Shown: positions 18,548-28,473 of the stretch, in pieces
How positions within the stretch are numbered: the first letter of the stretch is position 1
How the letters are laid out: every line of letters starts with the position of its first letter
The notes under the pieces: generated by a model
Seen by the model: the letters and a program-made list of their open reading frames with translations, nothing else
What the model was told of the DNA's origin: nothing
Database searches by the model: none
Source: an uncultured Bacilli bacterium
GTDB taxonomy: Bacteria; Bacillota_I; Bacilli_A; RF39; UBA660
Reading direction: 5' to 3'
NCBI GenBank assembly: GCA_934087065.1
Contig: CAKOIS010000002.1
Coordinates: forward strand, 11,880 to 75,879
Length of the DNA stretch: 64,000 nucleotides
Translations under genes and position numbers: made by a program

Positions 18548-19441
18548 ATGGAAGTACTATGTATAGGTGAGTCTAGGGTAGACACAGTTATGTTTACAGA
18601 TGGTTTTATTAAAGAAAATACTAAAAATACTATAAAAGAAAAAATTGTGTGTCCTGGTGGATGTGCTTTAACTAGTAGCATATTACTTAGTAAATGGGGA
18701 CATGTTACTTACTTGTCTTCAATAGTTGGAAATGACGACAAATCTAAGTTAATAATTGATGCGTTAGATAATAACGAAGTAAATAGTGAGTATTTAATTA
18801 AAACAGACAAAGAAACATCTATATCATACATAGTAGTAAACAAGTATAATGCGAGTAGAACTGTATTAAATTCTATAGCAAAAGAAGAAAATGTAAAAGT
18901 AGACTTAAATATTAATCCTGATATAATTCTTATGGATGGTACAAACTATAATGTTGCAGCAATAGCTTGTAATAAATTTAAAGACAAAATAAAAGTACTA
19001 TCTGCAAGTGTAGTGAATGAAGAAACTACAAAACTATGTAAATTATCTGACTACATAATATGTGATAAAACATTTGCTGAAATTCTTGCAAGAGAAAGAA
19101 TAAATTACGATAAACCTGACACACTAAAAAGTGTACTAAATAAATTAGAAAGTATGTATAAAAGTAAAGTGATAATTACCCTTGGAGAAAAGGGCTCTCT
19201 TTACAAAATAGACGATAAAATCAAAGTAATGGGTGCTATTAAAGTAAAAGAGATAGACAAGTCTGGTGTAGGAGACATATATTTTGGGGCATTTGTTTAT
19301 GGTTTAGCTGAAAATCTAGATTTAGAAAAATGCTTAAAAATTGCTACAATAGCAGCAGGCTTATCTGTAAAGAAAGTGGGAGAGATATTTAGTATACCAG
19401 ATGTAAGAGAGGTACATAATATATATGGAAAGAACAAATAA
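18548..19441 (+). CDS. PfkB-family carbohydrate/nucleoside kinase (start moved to the internal ATG at 18548)
   Basis: N-terminal GGCALTSS motif and C-terminal DKSGVGDIYFGAFVYGL (PfkB signature 2). RBS gaaggga before 18548. Confidence 0.7.
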   Translation: MEVLCIGESRVDTVMFTDGFIKENTKNTIKEKIVCPGGCALTSSILLSKWGHVTYLSSIVGNDDKSKLIIDALDNNEVNSEYLIKTDKETSISYIVVNKYNASRTVLNSIAKEENVKVDLNINPDIILMDGTNYNVAAIACNKFKDKIKVLSASVVNEETTKLCKLSDYIICDKTFAEILARERINYDKPDTLKSVLNKLESMYKSKVIITLGEKGSLYKIDDKIKVMGAIKVKEIDKSGVGDIYFGAFVYGLAENLDLEKCLKIATIAAGLSVKKVGEIFSIPDVREVHNIYGKNK

Positions 19442-19694
19442 TCCATTTTATTACTATTATGAAAAAATAGATTTGCATGGCTTAGATGCATTAACAGCGT
19501 TAATAAAAGTAAATGAATTCATAAATGATAACATTAAACTAAAAAAATATGGTATAATAATTGTGCATGGTAAAGGAACAGGTGTTTTAAAGAAAGCTGT
19601 CCATGAATATTTAAGAAAAGATAAAAGAGTAGAAAAATATGAAATAGATATATATAATGATGGGGCTACCATTGTGAAGTTGAAGGAGGAATAA
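19425..19694 (+). CDS. Smr-domain protein (small MutS-related)
   Basis: IDLHGLDALTALIKV...IVHGKGTGVLKKAVHEYL Smr signature. Confidence 0.6.
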   Translation: MERTNNPFYYYYEKIDLHGLDALTALIKVNEFINDNIKLKKYGIIIVHGKGTGVLKKAVHEYLRKDKRVEKYEIDIYNDGATIVKLKEE

Positions 19695-19696
19695 AA

Positions 19697-20194
19697 ATGA
19701 AAAAGAAAGGATTTACACTAATTGAGGTTATTGCAGTAATTGCGCTTGTATCACTTTTACTACTTTTGGTAGTGCCAAATATAACTGAAAGTTATAAGAA
19801 AAGTCAAAAGAAAATATTCTATGATAACGTACTAGGTATATATAACACTGCTACACAGTCATTCTTATTAGAAGATACTAAAGTTAATAACTTTTGTCAT
19901 TCTGGTACTAAATTAAAAGCTGACTTAGGAGAAGATGTAGAATATAATGTTATATTAGACGACTTTGGGCAAGTTACTAGTTTAGCTGTAAGTAATGGAA
20001 GATTTTACTATTCTAAATCTAATTCAAGTGGAGTAAGTAGGTCAGACATTTCTATAGACGACATCCAAGAAAGCAAAATTAATATTAATTGTGACGGGAC
20101 AATAAGTTATCAAAATAACTGTATAATAACTGATTCAAATAGGTCTTGTCAAATATACGGTTTCACATTTTTTAGAAAAAATGCTACGATTTAG
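19697..20194 (+). CDS. type IV prepilin-like protein
   Basis: N-terminus MKKKGFTLIEVIAVIALVSLLLL with G-F-T-L-I-E. 165 aa. Cys pair near the C-terminus. Confidence 0.7.
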   Translation: MKKKGFTLIEVIAVIALVSLLLLLVVPNITESYKKSQKKIFYDNVLGIYNTATQSFLLEDTKVNNFCHSGTKLKADLGEDVEYNVILDDFGQVTSLAVSNGRFYYSKSNSSGVSRSDISIDDIQESKININCDGTISYQNNCIITDSNRSCQIYGFTFFRKNATI

Positions 20195-20242
20195 TAGCAT
20201 TTTTCTTTGTTTTATGGTATTATATTTCTGAGGTAACAAATT

Positions 20243-20731
20243 ATGAAAGAGAAAACAAATGATTTAAGCGAATTAAAAGGGTTAGGTAAGATAATATTAA
20301 TACTAGCGGGAGCATTCATTATAATGTATTTACTTACATTAGGCGCTACTAAACTAGGATGGTTTGATACAGGTTATACTAAACCTAATGTAGAAGATGC
20401 AGTAATTAGTTATGAAAAAATAATGGCAGGTAGTGTATTTGATAAGAAAGATGATAGTTACTATGTAGCTATTGCTAATTTTGAAAACACTAACAATATG
20501 TATTATCAGTCAATAGTAAGTTCTTATAAGAGTAAAGAAGAACATTTACCATTCTATGTAGTTGACTTGAGTGACGAGTTAAACAAAAGCATAATTGCTG
20601 ATACAAACAATACTAAAGCTACAAAGGCAAGTGAACTTAAAGTTAAAGACTTAACACTTATAAAAATAACTAATGGCAAAATAGAAAAATACATAACTGG
20701 TATAGAAAATATAGAGACAGAGCTAAAATAG
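20243..20731 (+). CDS. hypothetical membrane-anchored protein (162 aa)
   Basis: Single N-terminal TM. Follows the pilin gene and may be pilus-associated. Confidence 0.35.
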   Translation: MKEKTNDLSELKGLGKIILILAGAFIIMYLLTLGATKLGWFDTGYTKPNVEDAVISYEKIMAGSVFDKKDDSYYVAIANFENTNNMYYQSIVSSYKSKEEHLPFYVVDLSDELNKSIIADTNNTKATKASELKVKDLTLIKITNGKIEKYITGIENIETELK

Positions 20732-20747
20732 CAAGTCTCTTTTTTGT
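20713..20747 (+). terminator. rho-independent terminator (agagac...gtctcttttttg)
   Basis: Hairpin plus a T-run overlapping the end of the 20243 CDS. Confidence 0.5.
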
Positions 20748-20784
20748 ACGCAAATGAATAAAATAACTCACTAAAAAACCGAGG

Positions 20785-21516
20785 CTAGACAGTCTCGGTT
20801 TCAATATTAAAATTCTCTAAATACTTGTTATATGCTTTAACTTCATTAGTCTTACTGATAATCTTAAATTTATATTTAGGATTTTTTTCTTTCATAATAT
20901 TTTTTAAAATATAACTAGTGAAGTAGGGGTTTCTAATAAGAAGTGGTCCAAATACATAAGTAGCAAAGAAGTTTTTATAGTGTATTCCTTCAGTTTTAGA
21001 ATTAATAGAACTACCTGTACCACTAATAACTTTAAATAGAGGTTTATCAATATCGTTCATAATACCACATCTATTTTGAAAACCAATTATCTTTTCCTTA
21101 ATTAACTTAGTGCTAAAAGTAACACTACCTACAATTCTAAACGCTTCATGAACACTATTATAATTAAATACACCTAATGCATCATATTTAACACCATTAT
21201 CCACTATATATGAGCCAAATAACTCACTAGCATTACCTGTAATAATAAATGTTTTCCCACTTTCAATAGATGCTTTTATTTTATCCTTATACTTAATTAA
21301 ATCTTCTAAAACTAATAGTTCTGACTTTTCATCTCCTGAACCCATATAGTATATATCATAACTATTAAAATCTATTTTATCATTAATAGTCTTTAAACTA
21401 ACTTCACAAGTAATACCTTGATACTCACACATCTTTTCTATAGCTCTAATATTAGCATTCTCTCCATATAAATTCATTATATCATAATATAAATGACATA
21501 CTTTAATCTTACTCAT
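20785..21516 (-). CDS. gatD: lipid II isoglutaminyl synthase glutamine amidotransferase subunit GatD (CobQ/CobB-type GATase)
   Basis: 243 aa. N-terminus KVCHLYYDIMNLYGENANI is typical of GatD. Overlaps and is coupled with the upstream MurT. Confidence 0.7.
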   Translation of the reverse strand: MSKIKVCHLYYDIMNLYGENANIRAIEKMCEYQGITCEVSLKTINDKIDFNSYDIYYMGSGDEKSELLVLEDLIKYKDKIKASIESGKTFIITGNASELFGSYIVDNGVKYDALGVFNYNSVHEAFRIVGSVTFSTKLIKEKIIGFQNRCGIMNDIDKPLFKVISGTGSSINSKTEGIHYKNFFATYVFGPLLIRNPYFTSYILKNIMKEKNPKYKFKIISKTNEVKAYNKYLENFNIETETV

Positions 21517-22879
21517 TACTAATACCTTCTTTCTTTAAAATAGCTTTAAGTTCAATTTCTTTATCAAAACATACACAACTATAAATAGATCCTTTAGTTT
21601 TCTTTCTTAAAGTAGGTATTAATTCAGTATCTAAATCTTCTATTAAAATAATTTTACTCTTTGGTATACCTGTATAAGACATTCTTGTAAGCATATCATA
21701 CTTAAATCTTCCTACTAGTACTATTTTATCAATAGTCTTATTGTTTAACTCTTCAAAATCAATATCCCATATCCAACTTAAATCATTTTCAGAATATCTT
21801 CTACTAGAATTATCAAAACCAAGTACTACTGTTTTAATACCTTTTTCGTTAACTATAAAATCTAAACTCTGTTTATAACTTAAATTATTCTCGTTCTTAC
21901 TAGCAAGCATTTGCCACTTTCTACCGAAAAAGTTAAACACATTAAGTCTTTTAGGTTTAAATGTTTCATCATTAGTTACTTTTATTATGTCTTCATTACT
22001 TATTCCAAGAGTACTACATAAACTATATGCTGCAGTTACAAAATAAACTGAATACAAAAAGTTACTAGGCAAATGTACTTTATTCTTATTTATATAGATA
22101 TAACCCTTAGTAACATTTATGTTGTGGGCTAAAAAGTCAACATTACCTCTTTCAAAATCTCCTGTTGGACACTTGTAACACCCAATGTGTCCATATTGAT
22201 AAAATTTATACTTTAATTTACTATGGCATATTGGACAGTACTGAGCATCTATATTATTTAACTTAGTCTTAACACTATAATTATTTTTATCAAGTCCGTA
22301 AGTAGTAAGTTTACCTTTATGATTAATACTAAGTGACTTTACAAGTGGATCATCTGCATTAATAATCAAATGCACTTTATCTTTAACACTTTTAGAAATA
22401 ACACCCTTAATAAAGTCAGGATGTAAATTTCTAGGTGGTTGGTCTCTAGTAATATTGGTAACTACTAAATGAGTTAAATCAAAATTCTTTAGTGTACCTT
22501 CCATATATCTTTCATCCATTTCCATAAGAAGTACATCAGCATCTAGCTTGCCTTTTTTAGTATTATTAATTATTAAACTAGCAAGTCCATTTAAAACATT
22601 ACTACCATTTTTATTATAAACTACCTTATAACCGTTTTTACTAAGAATTCTAGCTACTAACTCAGTAGTACTTCCTTTACCACTTGAACCAGTTATCCCA
22701 ATAACATACTTAGGCATTTTAATTTTTTTTAAAACATTCTTATCTATCTTAAGAGCATAATACCCACCGATAACACTTCCATCATGTCCCATAAGCTTAC
22801 TCATTTTACTAACAAGCTTACAAGCTATTATTGATAAATTAAACATAAATATCACATCCTTATAAATATTATAAACCAA
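21509..22879 (-). CDS. murT: Mur ligase family protein MurT (lipid II isoglutaminyl synthase)
   Basis: GITGSSGKGSTT Mur ligase P-loop. C-terminal DUF1727-like Cys4 ribbon (CPICH...CYKC). Confidence 0.75.
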   Translation of the reverse strand: MVYNIYKDVIFMFNLSIIACKLVSKMSKLMGHDGSVIGGYYALKIDKNVLKKIKMPKYVIGITGSSGKGSTTELVARILSKNGYKVVYNKNGSNVLNGLASLIINNTKKGKLDADVLLMEMDERYMEGTLKNFDLTHLVVTNITRDQPPRNLHPDFIKGVISKSVKDKVHLIINADDPLVKSLSINHKGKLTTYGLDKNNYSVKTKLNNIDAQYCPICHSKLKYKFYQYGHIGCYKCPTGDFERGNVDFLAHNINVTKGYIYINKNKVHLPSNFLYSVYFVTAAYSLCSTLGISNEDIIKVTNDETFKPKRLNVFNFFGRKWQMLASKNENNLSYKQSLDFIVNEKGIKTVVLGFDNSSRRYSENDLSWIWDIDFEELNNKTIDKIVLVGRFKYDMLTRMSYTGIPKSKIILIEDLDTELIPTLRKKTKGSIYSCVCFDKEIELKAILKKEGISNE

Positions 22880-23002
22880 AAATATAAATAATAAAATATA
22901 CTTTAGTAAAAGAAGTGTAAAGAAAAATATATCTAGTTTTGTCGTATTTAATGAAATAAACTATTTTTAAGTTTATAATAAATATAGAAAAGAGGAAAAA
23001 CA

Positions 23003-23209
23003 ATGAATTTAACATATCAAAACAAAACTCTATATATAGATCTAGTAGGAGATGTGAACATAACAGAAGTAACAAAGAAAGTCACAAGTATTAGTGATAC
23101 ATACAAAATAAATAACTTAGTAGTTAATACAGATGAGGCATTCATTACTGACTACAAAAAAGCAAAACTAAAAAAAATAATAAGTAACACTCTTGACAAC
23201 CCTAATTAA
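23003..23209 (+). CDS. hypothetical small protein (68 aa)
   Basis: RBS agaggaaaa. No recognisable motif. Confidence 0.25.
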   Translation: MNLTYQNKTLYIDLVGDVNITEVTKKVTSISDTYKINNLVVNTDEAFITDYKKAKLKKIISNTLDNPN

Positions 23210-23405
23210 AAAATGATAAGATTATCTTGTAATAAAGATAGGAAGTGAAGCACATGGAAGTTAATTCTTTAGTACAAAACAAAGTACAAATTGGGGGGGG
23301 GTTATTTAAATAGTATAAATAACTATAGTTTTTCATGTGCAATTATATGGATAGAATAAGTCTACCCATTTTTTCGTGTCTTAAAAAGAAAGGAGTGCAT
23401 TAAAT
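23205..23405 (+). promoter_or_regulatory. conserved leader, copy 2: palindrome gataagattatc, uORF from ATG 23255, G10 tract 23293-23302, hairpin plus T-run about 23346-23372
   Basis: Homologous to the leaders at 4360, 33855 and 45105. Confidence 0.6.
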
Positions 23406-24905
23406 ATGCAAAGGAAACAATTAACACTTGTAATAGTAAGCTTACTAGTAGTAGTACTAAGTGTATCACTTGCTTACTTTACAGCACAAATAATAGGAAA
23501 GGGAAAAGATGTAAGTGTAACAAGCGCAAACCTACAAATAGTATTTACAGATAGTGATGGAGCTTTAACAGAAACTGATATAGAACCTGGCTGGACTAAA
23601 ACTAAAACATTTACTATTAAAAATGATACTAAGATAGAATACAAATATAATATAGTAATAAAAGACTTATTAAATACTTTTGTAACTAATGGATACTTAA
23701 AGTACAAGATAACTAGTACAAATAATGGATATAATATGACTGAGTTTAAAGATATTCCAAAGTCTAGTGCACCTAAAGATACAATATTAGCTTATAGTGT
23801 AGTAATACCTAATGGAGTAACACAAAGTTATACAATTGAATTTAAGTATGCAAACGATGAAAGTGTAGACCAAAGTGATGATATGGGTAAGAAACTAAGT
23901 GGAACACTATTTATAACTGAGGAAACAGAAGATCCAAACAAAACACTATATAATCAATTACTTGTAGACAAATCAAAAGTATTAACAAGAACAGACTTTA
24001 GTAAAGTTTTAATAGATAATAATACAAACACATTATATACTTCTACTGAAGATAGTAAAACAGTATATTATTTTGCAGGGAATGCAACAGATAACTGGGT
24101 AAAGTTTGGAAAGAATGCAAGTAATCAAGACTTGTACTGGAGAATAATAAGAACAAACTCAGATGGTAGTGTAAGACTTCTTTACCACGGAACAAGTACT
24201 ACAGCAACAGATGCATATATTGGTGAATCAGCATTTAATAATAGTAGTTATACTAATATAGCATATGTAAGTTATATGTACGGAAGTACAGGAAGTATAG
24301 CAAATGCTAGAACTAACCAAAAAAACTCTAGTACAATAAAAGACAAAATAGATAACTGGTATAAAATCAACTTAGAAGCAAAAGGTTATACAAAATACTT
24401 AAGTACAACAGCAGTATATTGTAATGATAGAACATATGCAGTATCTGGAGATACATACTTTGGAGCATACACAAGACTAATAACAAATAAAACACCAAGT
24501 TATGACTGTGCAACAACAGAAGACAAATTCACAGTAGACACAAGTACAGGTAACGGAAAACTAACATATCCAATAGCATTAATGACAGCAGACGAAGTAA
24601 GTTTTGCAGGTGGACGATATGGTACAAATGCACCAACATGGTATTATTATAATAGTGCAAATGGTAGTTCTACAGAATCAAATGCTTGGTGGTTGTTGTC
24701 TTCTCGCAATTGGAATGGCGGCGACGCTATTGTGTTCTTCGTGTATGGTTCGTCCGAACAACCTGGCAATTTGAGCAACAGTAGGGTTGACGGCACTTAC
24801 GGTGTGCGTCCAGCCTTATCACTAAAATCTTGTGTAAAATATGCAAGTGGAGATGGCTCAGCAAGTGACCCATACACAATAAAAGAAACTACAAATGGAT
24901 GCTAA
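23406..24905 (+). CDS. secreted/surface protein, paralog 2 (499 aa) with C-terminal A-depleted hypervariable domain
   Basis: N-terminal signal anchor MQRKQLTLVIVSLLVVVLSVSLA. First ~170 aa nearly identical to paralogs 3 and 4. C-terminus WWLLSS...GVRPALSLKSC. Confidence 0.85.
   Translation: MQRKQLTLVIVSLLVVVLSVSLAYFTAQIIGKGKDVSVTSANLQIVFTDSDGALTETDIEPGWTKTKTFTIKNDTKIEYKYNIVIKDLLNTFVTNGYLKYKITSTNNGYNMTEFKDIPKSSAPKDTILAYSVVIPNGVTQSYTIEFKYANDESVDQSDDMGKKLSGTLFITEETEDPNKTLYNQLLVDKSKVLTRTDFSKVLIDNNTNTLYTSTEDSKTVYYFAGNATDNWVKFGKNASNQDLYWRIIRTNSDGSVRLLYHGTSTTATDAYIGESAFNNSSYTNIAYVSYMYGSTGSIANARTNQKNSSTIKDKIDNWYKINLEAKGYTKYLSTTAVYCNDRTYAVSGDTYFGAYTRLITNKTPSYDCATTEDKFTVDTSTGNGKLTYPIALMTADEVSFAGGRYGTNAPTWYYYNSANGSSTESNAWWLLSSRNWNGGDAIVFFVYGSSEQPGNLSNSRVDGTYGVRPALSLKSCVKYASGDGSASDPYTIKETTNGC
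24687..24824 (+). other. putative DGR variable region (VR) of paralog 2
   Basis: A-depleted. Variable NNC/NNT codons (cgc, aat, ggc, gac, att, ttc, agc, aac, agt, gac, ggc, act, tac). One extra codon relative to copies 1 and 3. Confidence 0.5.
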
Positions 24906-24948
24906 CAATATATTAAAAATATGCCAAAATGGAATAAAATTTTGAAAA

Positions 24949-24986
24949 ATAAGTAATTTAATCTTTTTAAGTTACTTATTTTTTGA
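24949..24986 (+). terminator. rho-independent terminator (aaataagtaa...ttacttattttttg)
   Basis: 10-bp stem plus a T-run after paralog 2. Confidence 0.6.
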
Positions 24987-25014
24987 TACAATATACTTAT
25001 AAGGATGTGAGAAT

Positions 25015-27600
25015 ATGAAACGAGCAATTTTAATAGATGGTAATAACTTATTATTTAGAAGTTATTATGCAACAGCTTATAATGGTAATTTAATGAAGAA
25101 TAGTAAAGACTTTCCTACAAATGCTTTATTTGGTTTTGTTAATATGATTAATAAAATAATGTCTATAGAAAAGCCTGAATATATTATGGTAGCTTTTGAT
25201 AAAGGAAAGAACTTTAGACATGAAAAGTATACTGAATATAAAGCTGGAAGAATTGAAACACCTAATGACTTGAAAATTCAGTTTCCAATTGCCTATGATA
25301 TACTAGACGCGATGGGGATAACTGCAGTTGCAATTGACAACTATGAGGCTGACGATATAATTGGAACATTTGCTAAAATGGCTGATATAGATGACTTATA
25401 TGACGCGACTATTGTAAGCAGTGATAAAGACCTTTTGCAACTTATTAGCCATGATGTTAATGTAAAACTTCTTAAACAAAAAGATTATATCTTAATGGAC
25501 GAGAAAGTATTCTTTGATACATATGGCTTGGAACCTATAAGAATGATAGACATAAAAGCTCTTATGGGAGATGCATCAGACAATATTCCTGGAGTAAAAG
25601 GAATAGGTGAAAAAACAGCACTTAACTTATTACATGAGTATGACACAGTAGAAAACTTATACAATAACATTGATAATGTTAAAGGTAAAATTAAGGAAAA
25701 GTTAATTGAAGGAAAAGATAGTGCCTTTTTTAGTAAAGATATAGCAACTATTTATAAAGATGTTCCTCTTAATATGACATTTAATGATATTAAACTAAAA
25801 TCTAGAAATATGACTAAGTTAATGAGCATCTATAAAGATTTAGAGTTTTATAGTTTACTTAAAAAATTAGATACAGACATAATAGAAAACCCAAGAAATA
25901 CTAATGATGTTACTATTGTTAAAGATAAACTAGACATAGATAAAGATTTCTCATTCTATTTAGAAGTTTCTAATGATAATTATCATATGGCTGATTTTAT
26001 TGGTTTATCTATTTATGATGGTGAAAAGTGTTACTTTCTTGATGAAGAGGCAGTTATCTTAAACAAAGATATATTTACTCATGCAGTTAGTACTTATGAT
26101 TTAAAGAAAAGTATGTGCTTCTTAAGTAAATATGGAATAGTCTTAAATAATTGTAAATACGACACTATGATTAGTGTGTACTTGCTTAATTATAACACTA
26201 AAGAAGACATCTCATACATTGCTAATAGTTTGGGTTATGATATACCTTTTTATGATAGTATAATAAAAGACAATAACTTAGTAGTAGATGAAAGTACTCT
26301 TATAAATACTCTAGCTAGTAAAGCAAAGTTTATCTATGAAACAAAAGATAAATACATTGAAGAATTAACTACCGAAGGAATGCTTGAGTTATTTAACACT
26401 CTTGAAATGCCTTTAGTAGGCGTGCTTGCTAGGATGGAAATGAATGGTATTAGAGTAAGTGAAAGTGTAATTGATGAGTTAAAAGACGAGTTAGAGAGTA
26501 GAATATGTAACATTACTAAAGAAATATATAGTTATGCAGGATGTGAATTCAATATTCAAAGTGCTAAACAAACTGCAGAAATATTATTTGAAAAGTTAGA
26601 TTTACCACATGGTAAGAAAAAAGGAAGAAATGGTTATTCAACTGACAAAGATACTTTGATGAAGTATTATGATATGCATCCAATTATACCATGTTTACTA
26701 GAATATAGAAATTTAACTAAACTTACTAGTACATATACAGATAAACTAAAAAGTTATATCTTGGATGATGGTAAAATTCATACTATATTTAAACAAGCAA
26801 TCACTAGAACAGGTAGACTTTCTTCAGTTGAACCGAACTTACAAAATATTCCTATTAGAAGTGAAGAAGGTAGAAAAATTAGAGAAGCTTTTATTCCTGA
26901 AGAAGATAGTGTTATTTTAGACTGTGATTATTCGCAAATTGAGCTTAGATTAATGGCTCATATATCAAAAGATAAAAACTTAATAAATGCATTTTTAAGT
27001 AGTGAAGACATACATACTAAAGTTGCAAGTGACGTGTTTGGTGTTCCTATGAATGAAGTTACTAAAAATCAAAGAAGAACAGCAAAAGCTGTAATATTCG
27101 GTATAGTCTACGGAATAAGTGGTTTTGGGTTGGGAGAAAACCTTCATTTGAGCGCTACTGATGCTAAAAAGTATATTGATAAATACTTAGAGATGTATCC
27201 TGGAGTAAAAGAATACATGAATAACATAGTTGAAACAGCTAAGCAAACTGGTTATGTTAGAACTCTATTTAATAGAAAAAGAGTAATAGAAGAATTAAAA
27301 AACACAAACTATATAATAAGAAAAAGTGGAGAGAGAATAGCTTTAAATACGCCTTTACAAGGTACAGGTGCTGATATTATTAAAAAAGCTATGATAGAAA
27401 TAGATAAGGAACTTACAAAAAGAGACTTAAAAAGTAAAATGCTTATTCAAGTACATGATGAACTCGTGTTTACTGTACCAAAGAGTGAATTAAACATCAT
27501 GAAAGAACTTGTTACTAACATTATGGAAAATACATATACTTTAGAAGTACCATTAAAAGTTGAATGCGAAATGGGGGATAATTGGTATGAAGCAAAGTAG
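25015..27600 (+). CDS. polA: DNA polymerase I
   Basis: 861 aa. 5'-3' exonuclease N-terminal domain (GNNLLFRSYYA). Polymerase motifs A (DYSQIELR) and C (VHDEL). Confidence 0.9.
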   Translation: MKRAILIDGNNLLFRSYYATAYNGNLMKNSKDFPTNALFGFVNMINKIMSIEKPEYIMVAFDKGKNFRHEKYTEYKAGRIETPNDLKIQFPIAYDILDAMGITAVAIDNYEADDIIGTFAKMADIDDLYDATIVSSDKDLLQLISHDVNVKLLKQKDYILMDEKVFFDTYGLEPIRMIDIKALMGDASDNIPGVKGIGEKTALNLLHEYDTVENLYNNIDNVKGKIKEKLIEGKDSAFFSKDIATIYKDVPLNMTFNDIKLKSRNMTKLMSIYKDLEFYSLLKKLDTDIIENPRNTNDVTIVKDKLDIDKDFSFYLEVSNDNYHMADFIGLSIYDGEKCYFLDEEAVILNKDIFTHAVSTYDLKKSMCFLSKYGIVLNNCKYDTMISVYLLNYNTKEDISYIANSLGYDIPFYDSIIKDNNLVVDESTLINTLASKAKFIYETKDKYIEELTTEGMLELFNTLEMPLVGVLARMEMNGIRVSESVIDELKDELESRICNITKEIYSYAGCEFNIQSAKQTAEILFEKLDLPHGKKKGRNGYSTDKDTLMKYYDMHPIIPCLLEYRNLTKLTSTYTDKLKSYILDDGKIHTIFKQAITRTGRLSSVEPNLQNIPIRSEEGRKIREAFIPEEDSVILDCDYSQIELRLMAHISKDKNLINAFLSSEDIHTKVASDVFGVPMNEVTKNQRRTAKAVIFGIVYGISGFGLGENLHLSATDAKKYIDKYLEMYPGVKEYMNNIVETAKQTGYVRTLFNRKRVIEELKNTNYIIRKSGERIALNTPLQGTGADIIKKAMIEIDKELTKRDLKSKMLIQVHDELVFTVPKSELNIMKELVTNIMENTYTLEVPLKVECEMGDNWYEAK

Positions 27601-27605
27601 GGGAT

Positions 27606-28454
27606 TTGATGAATGTTTTAATTAAAAGTTTTCTTGTTAATTTATTTTTAACTATATTAAAATTACTAGGAAGTGTCGTGTCTAACTCTAAAACACTTCT
27701 AGCTGATAGTATTCACTGTATGAGTGATATGTCAACTGATTTAATAAGCATTATAGGTACTAAAATATCTAATAAAAAGCCAGACTTAAATCATCCGTAT
27801 GGACATGGTAAAATAGAATATTTAACTAGTATAATAATGAGTTTCTTTATAATAAGTTTAGGTATAAGTATTTTATTTAATTCATTTAATGGAAAAACTG
27901 TAGTACCTAATATGTATGCGATTATTGTATTACTAATAACTATAGTTGTAAAATATATATTAAGTTCTTATCTTTTTAAAAAGGGCAAACTACTTAATAG
28001 TAACATTATTAAAACAAATGCTATAGAAAGCAGATATGACACATATAATTCTATTTTAGCACTTATATTTATTATAATAACTATAATTGGAAGTGATAAT
28101 GATATACTAAAATACTTTGATAAAGTAGGTAGTGTAGTAATGAGTTTACTTACTATTAAAGTAGGAATAGAAGTACTATTAAAAAATACAAGTAGTATAC
28201 TAGGAGAAGTAGAAGAAGATAAGAGTATCTTATCAACTGTAGAAGATATTATTAAAAGTAAAGACTATAAAGTAAGAAGACTATCTTTACTTAAATATGG
28301 TTCATACTATGATGCTACTATAGATATATTATTAGATAAGAATATAACATTAGAAAATCTATATAATATAGAAAAGAAAATAAAAAGAGATCTAAAAAGA
28401 AGCGATATGTCTATTAGATATGTTACAGTAAACTTTAAACCAAAAAATAAATAA
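27606..28454 (+). CDS. cation diffusion facilitator family transporter
   Basis: HCMSDMSTDLISIIG...HPYGHGKIEYL CDF signature. Six predicted TM segments plus a cytoplasmic C-terminal domain. Confidence 0.7.
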   Translation: MMNVLIKSFLVNLFLTILKLLGSVVSNSKTLLADSIHCMSDMSTDLISIIGTKISNKKPDLNHPYGHGKIEYLTSIIMSFFIISLGISILFNSFNGKTVVPNMYAIIVLLITIVVKYILSSYLFKKGKLLNSNIIKTNAIESRYDTYNSILALIFIIITIIGSDNDILKYFDKVGSVVMSLLTIKVGIEVLLKNTSSILGEVEEDKSILSTVEDIIKSKDYKVRRLSLLKYGSYYDATIDILLDKNITLENLYNIEKKIKRDLKRSDMSIRYVTVNFKPKNK

Positions 28455-28473
28455 TGCACAGATATAATGTGCA

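Noticed and set aside
22869-23075. 68-aa minus-strand ORF upstream of murT
   Set aside because: It lies in the AT-rich promoter region, gives a hydrophobic low-complexity translation, has no RBS, and overlaps the better-supported plus-strand small ORF.
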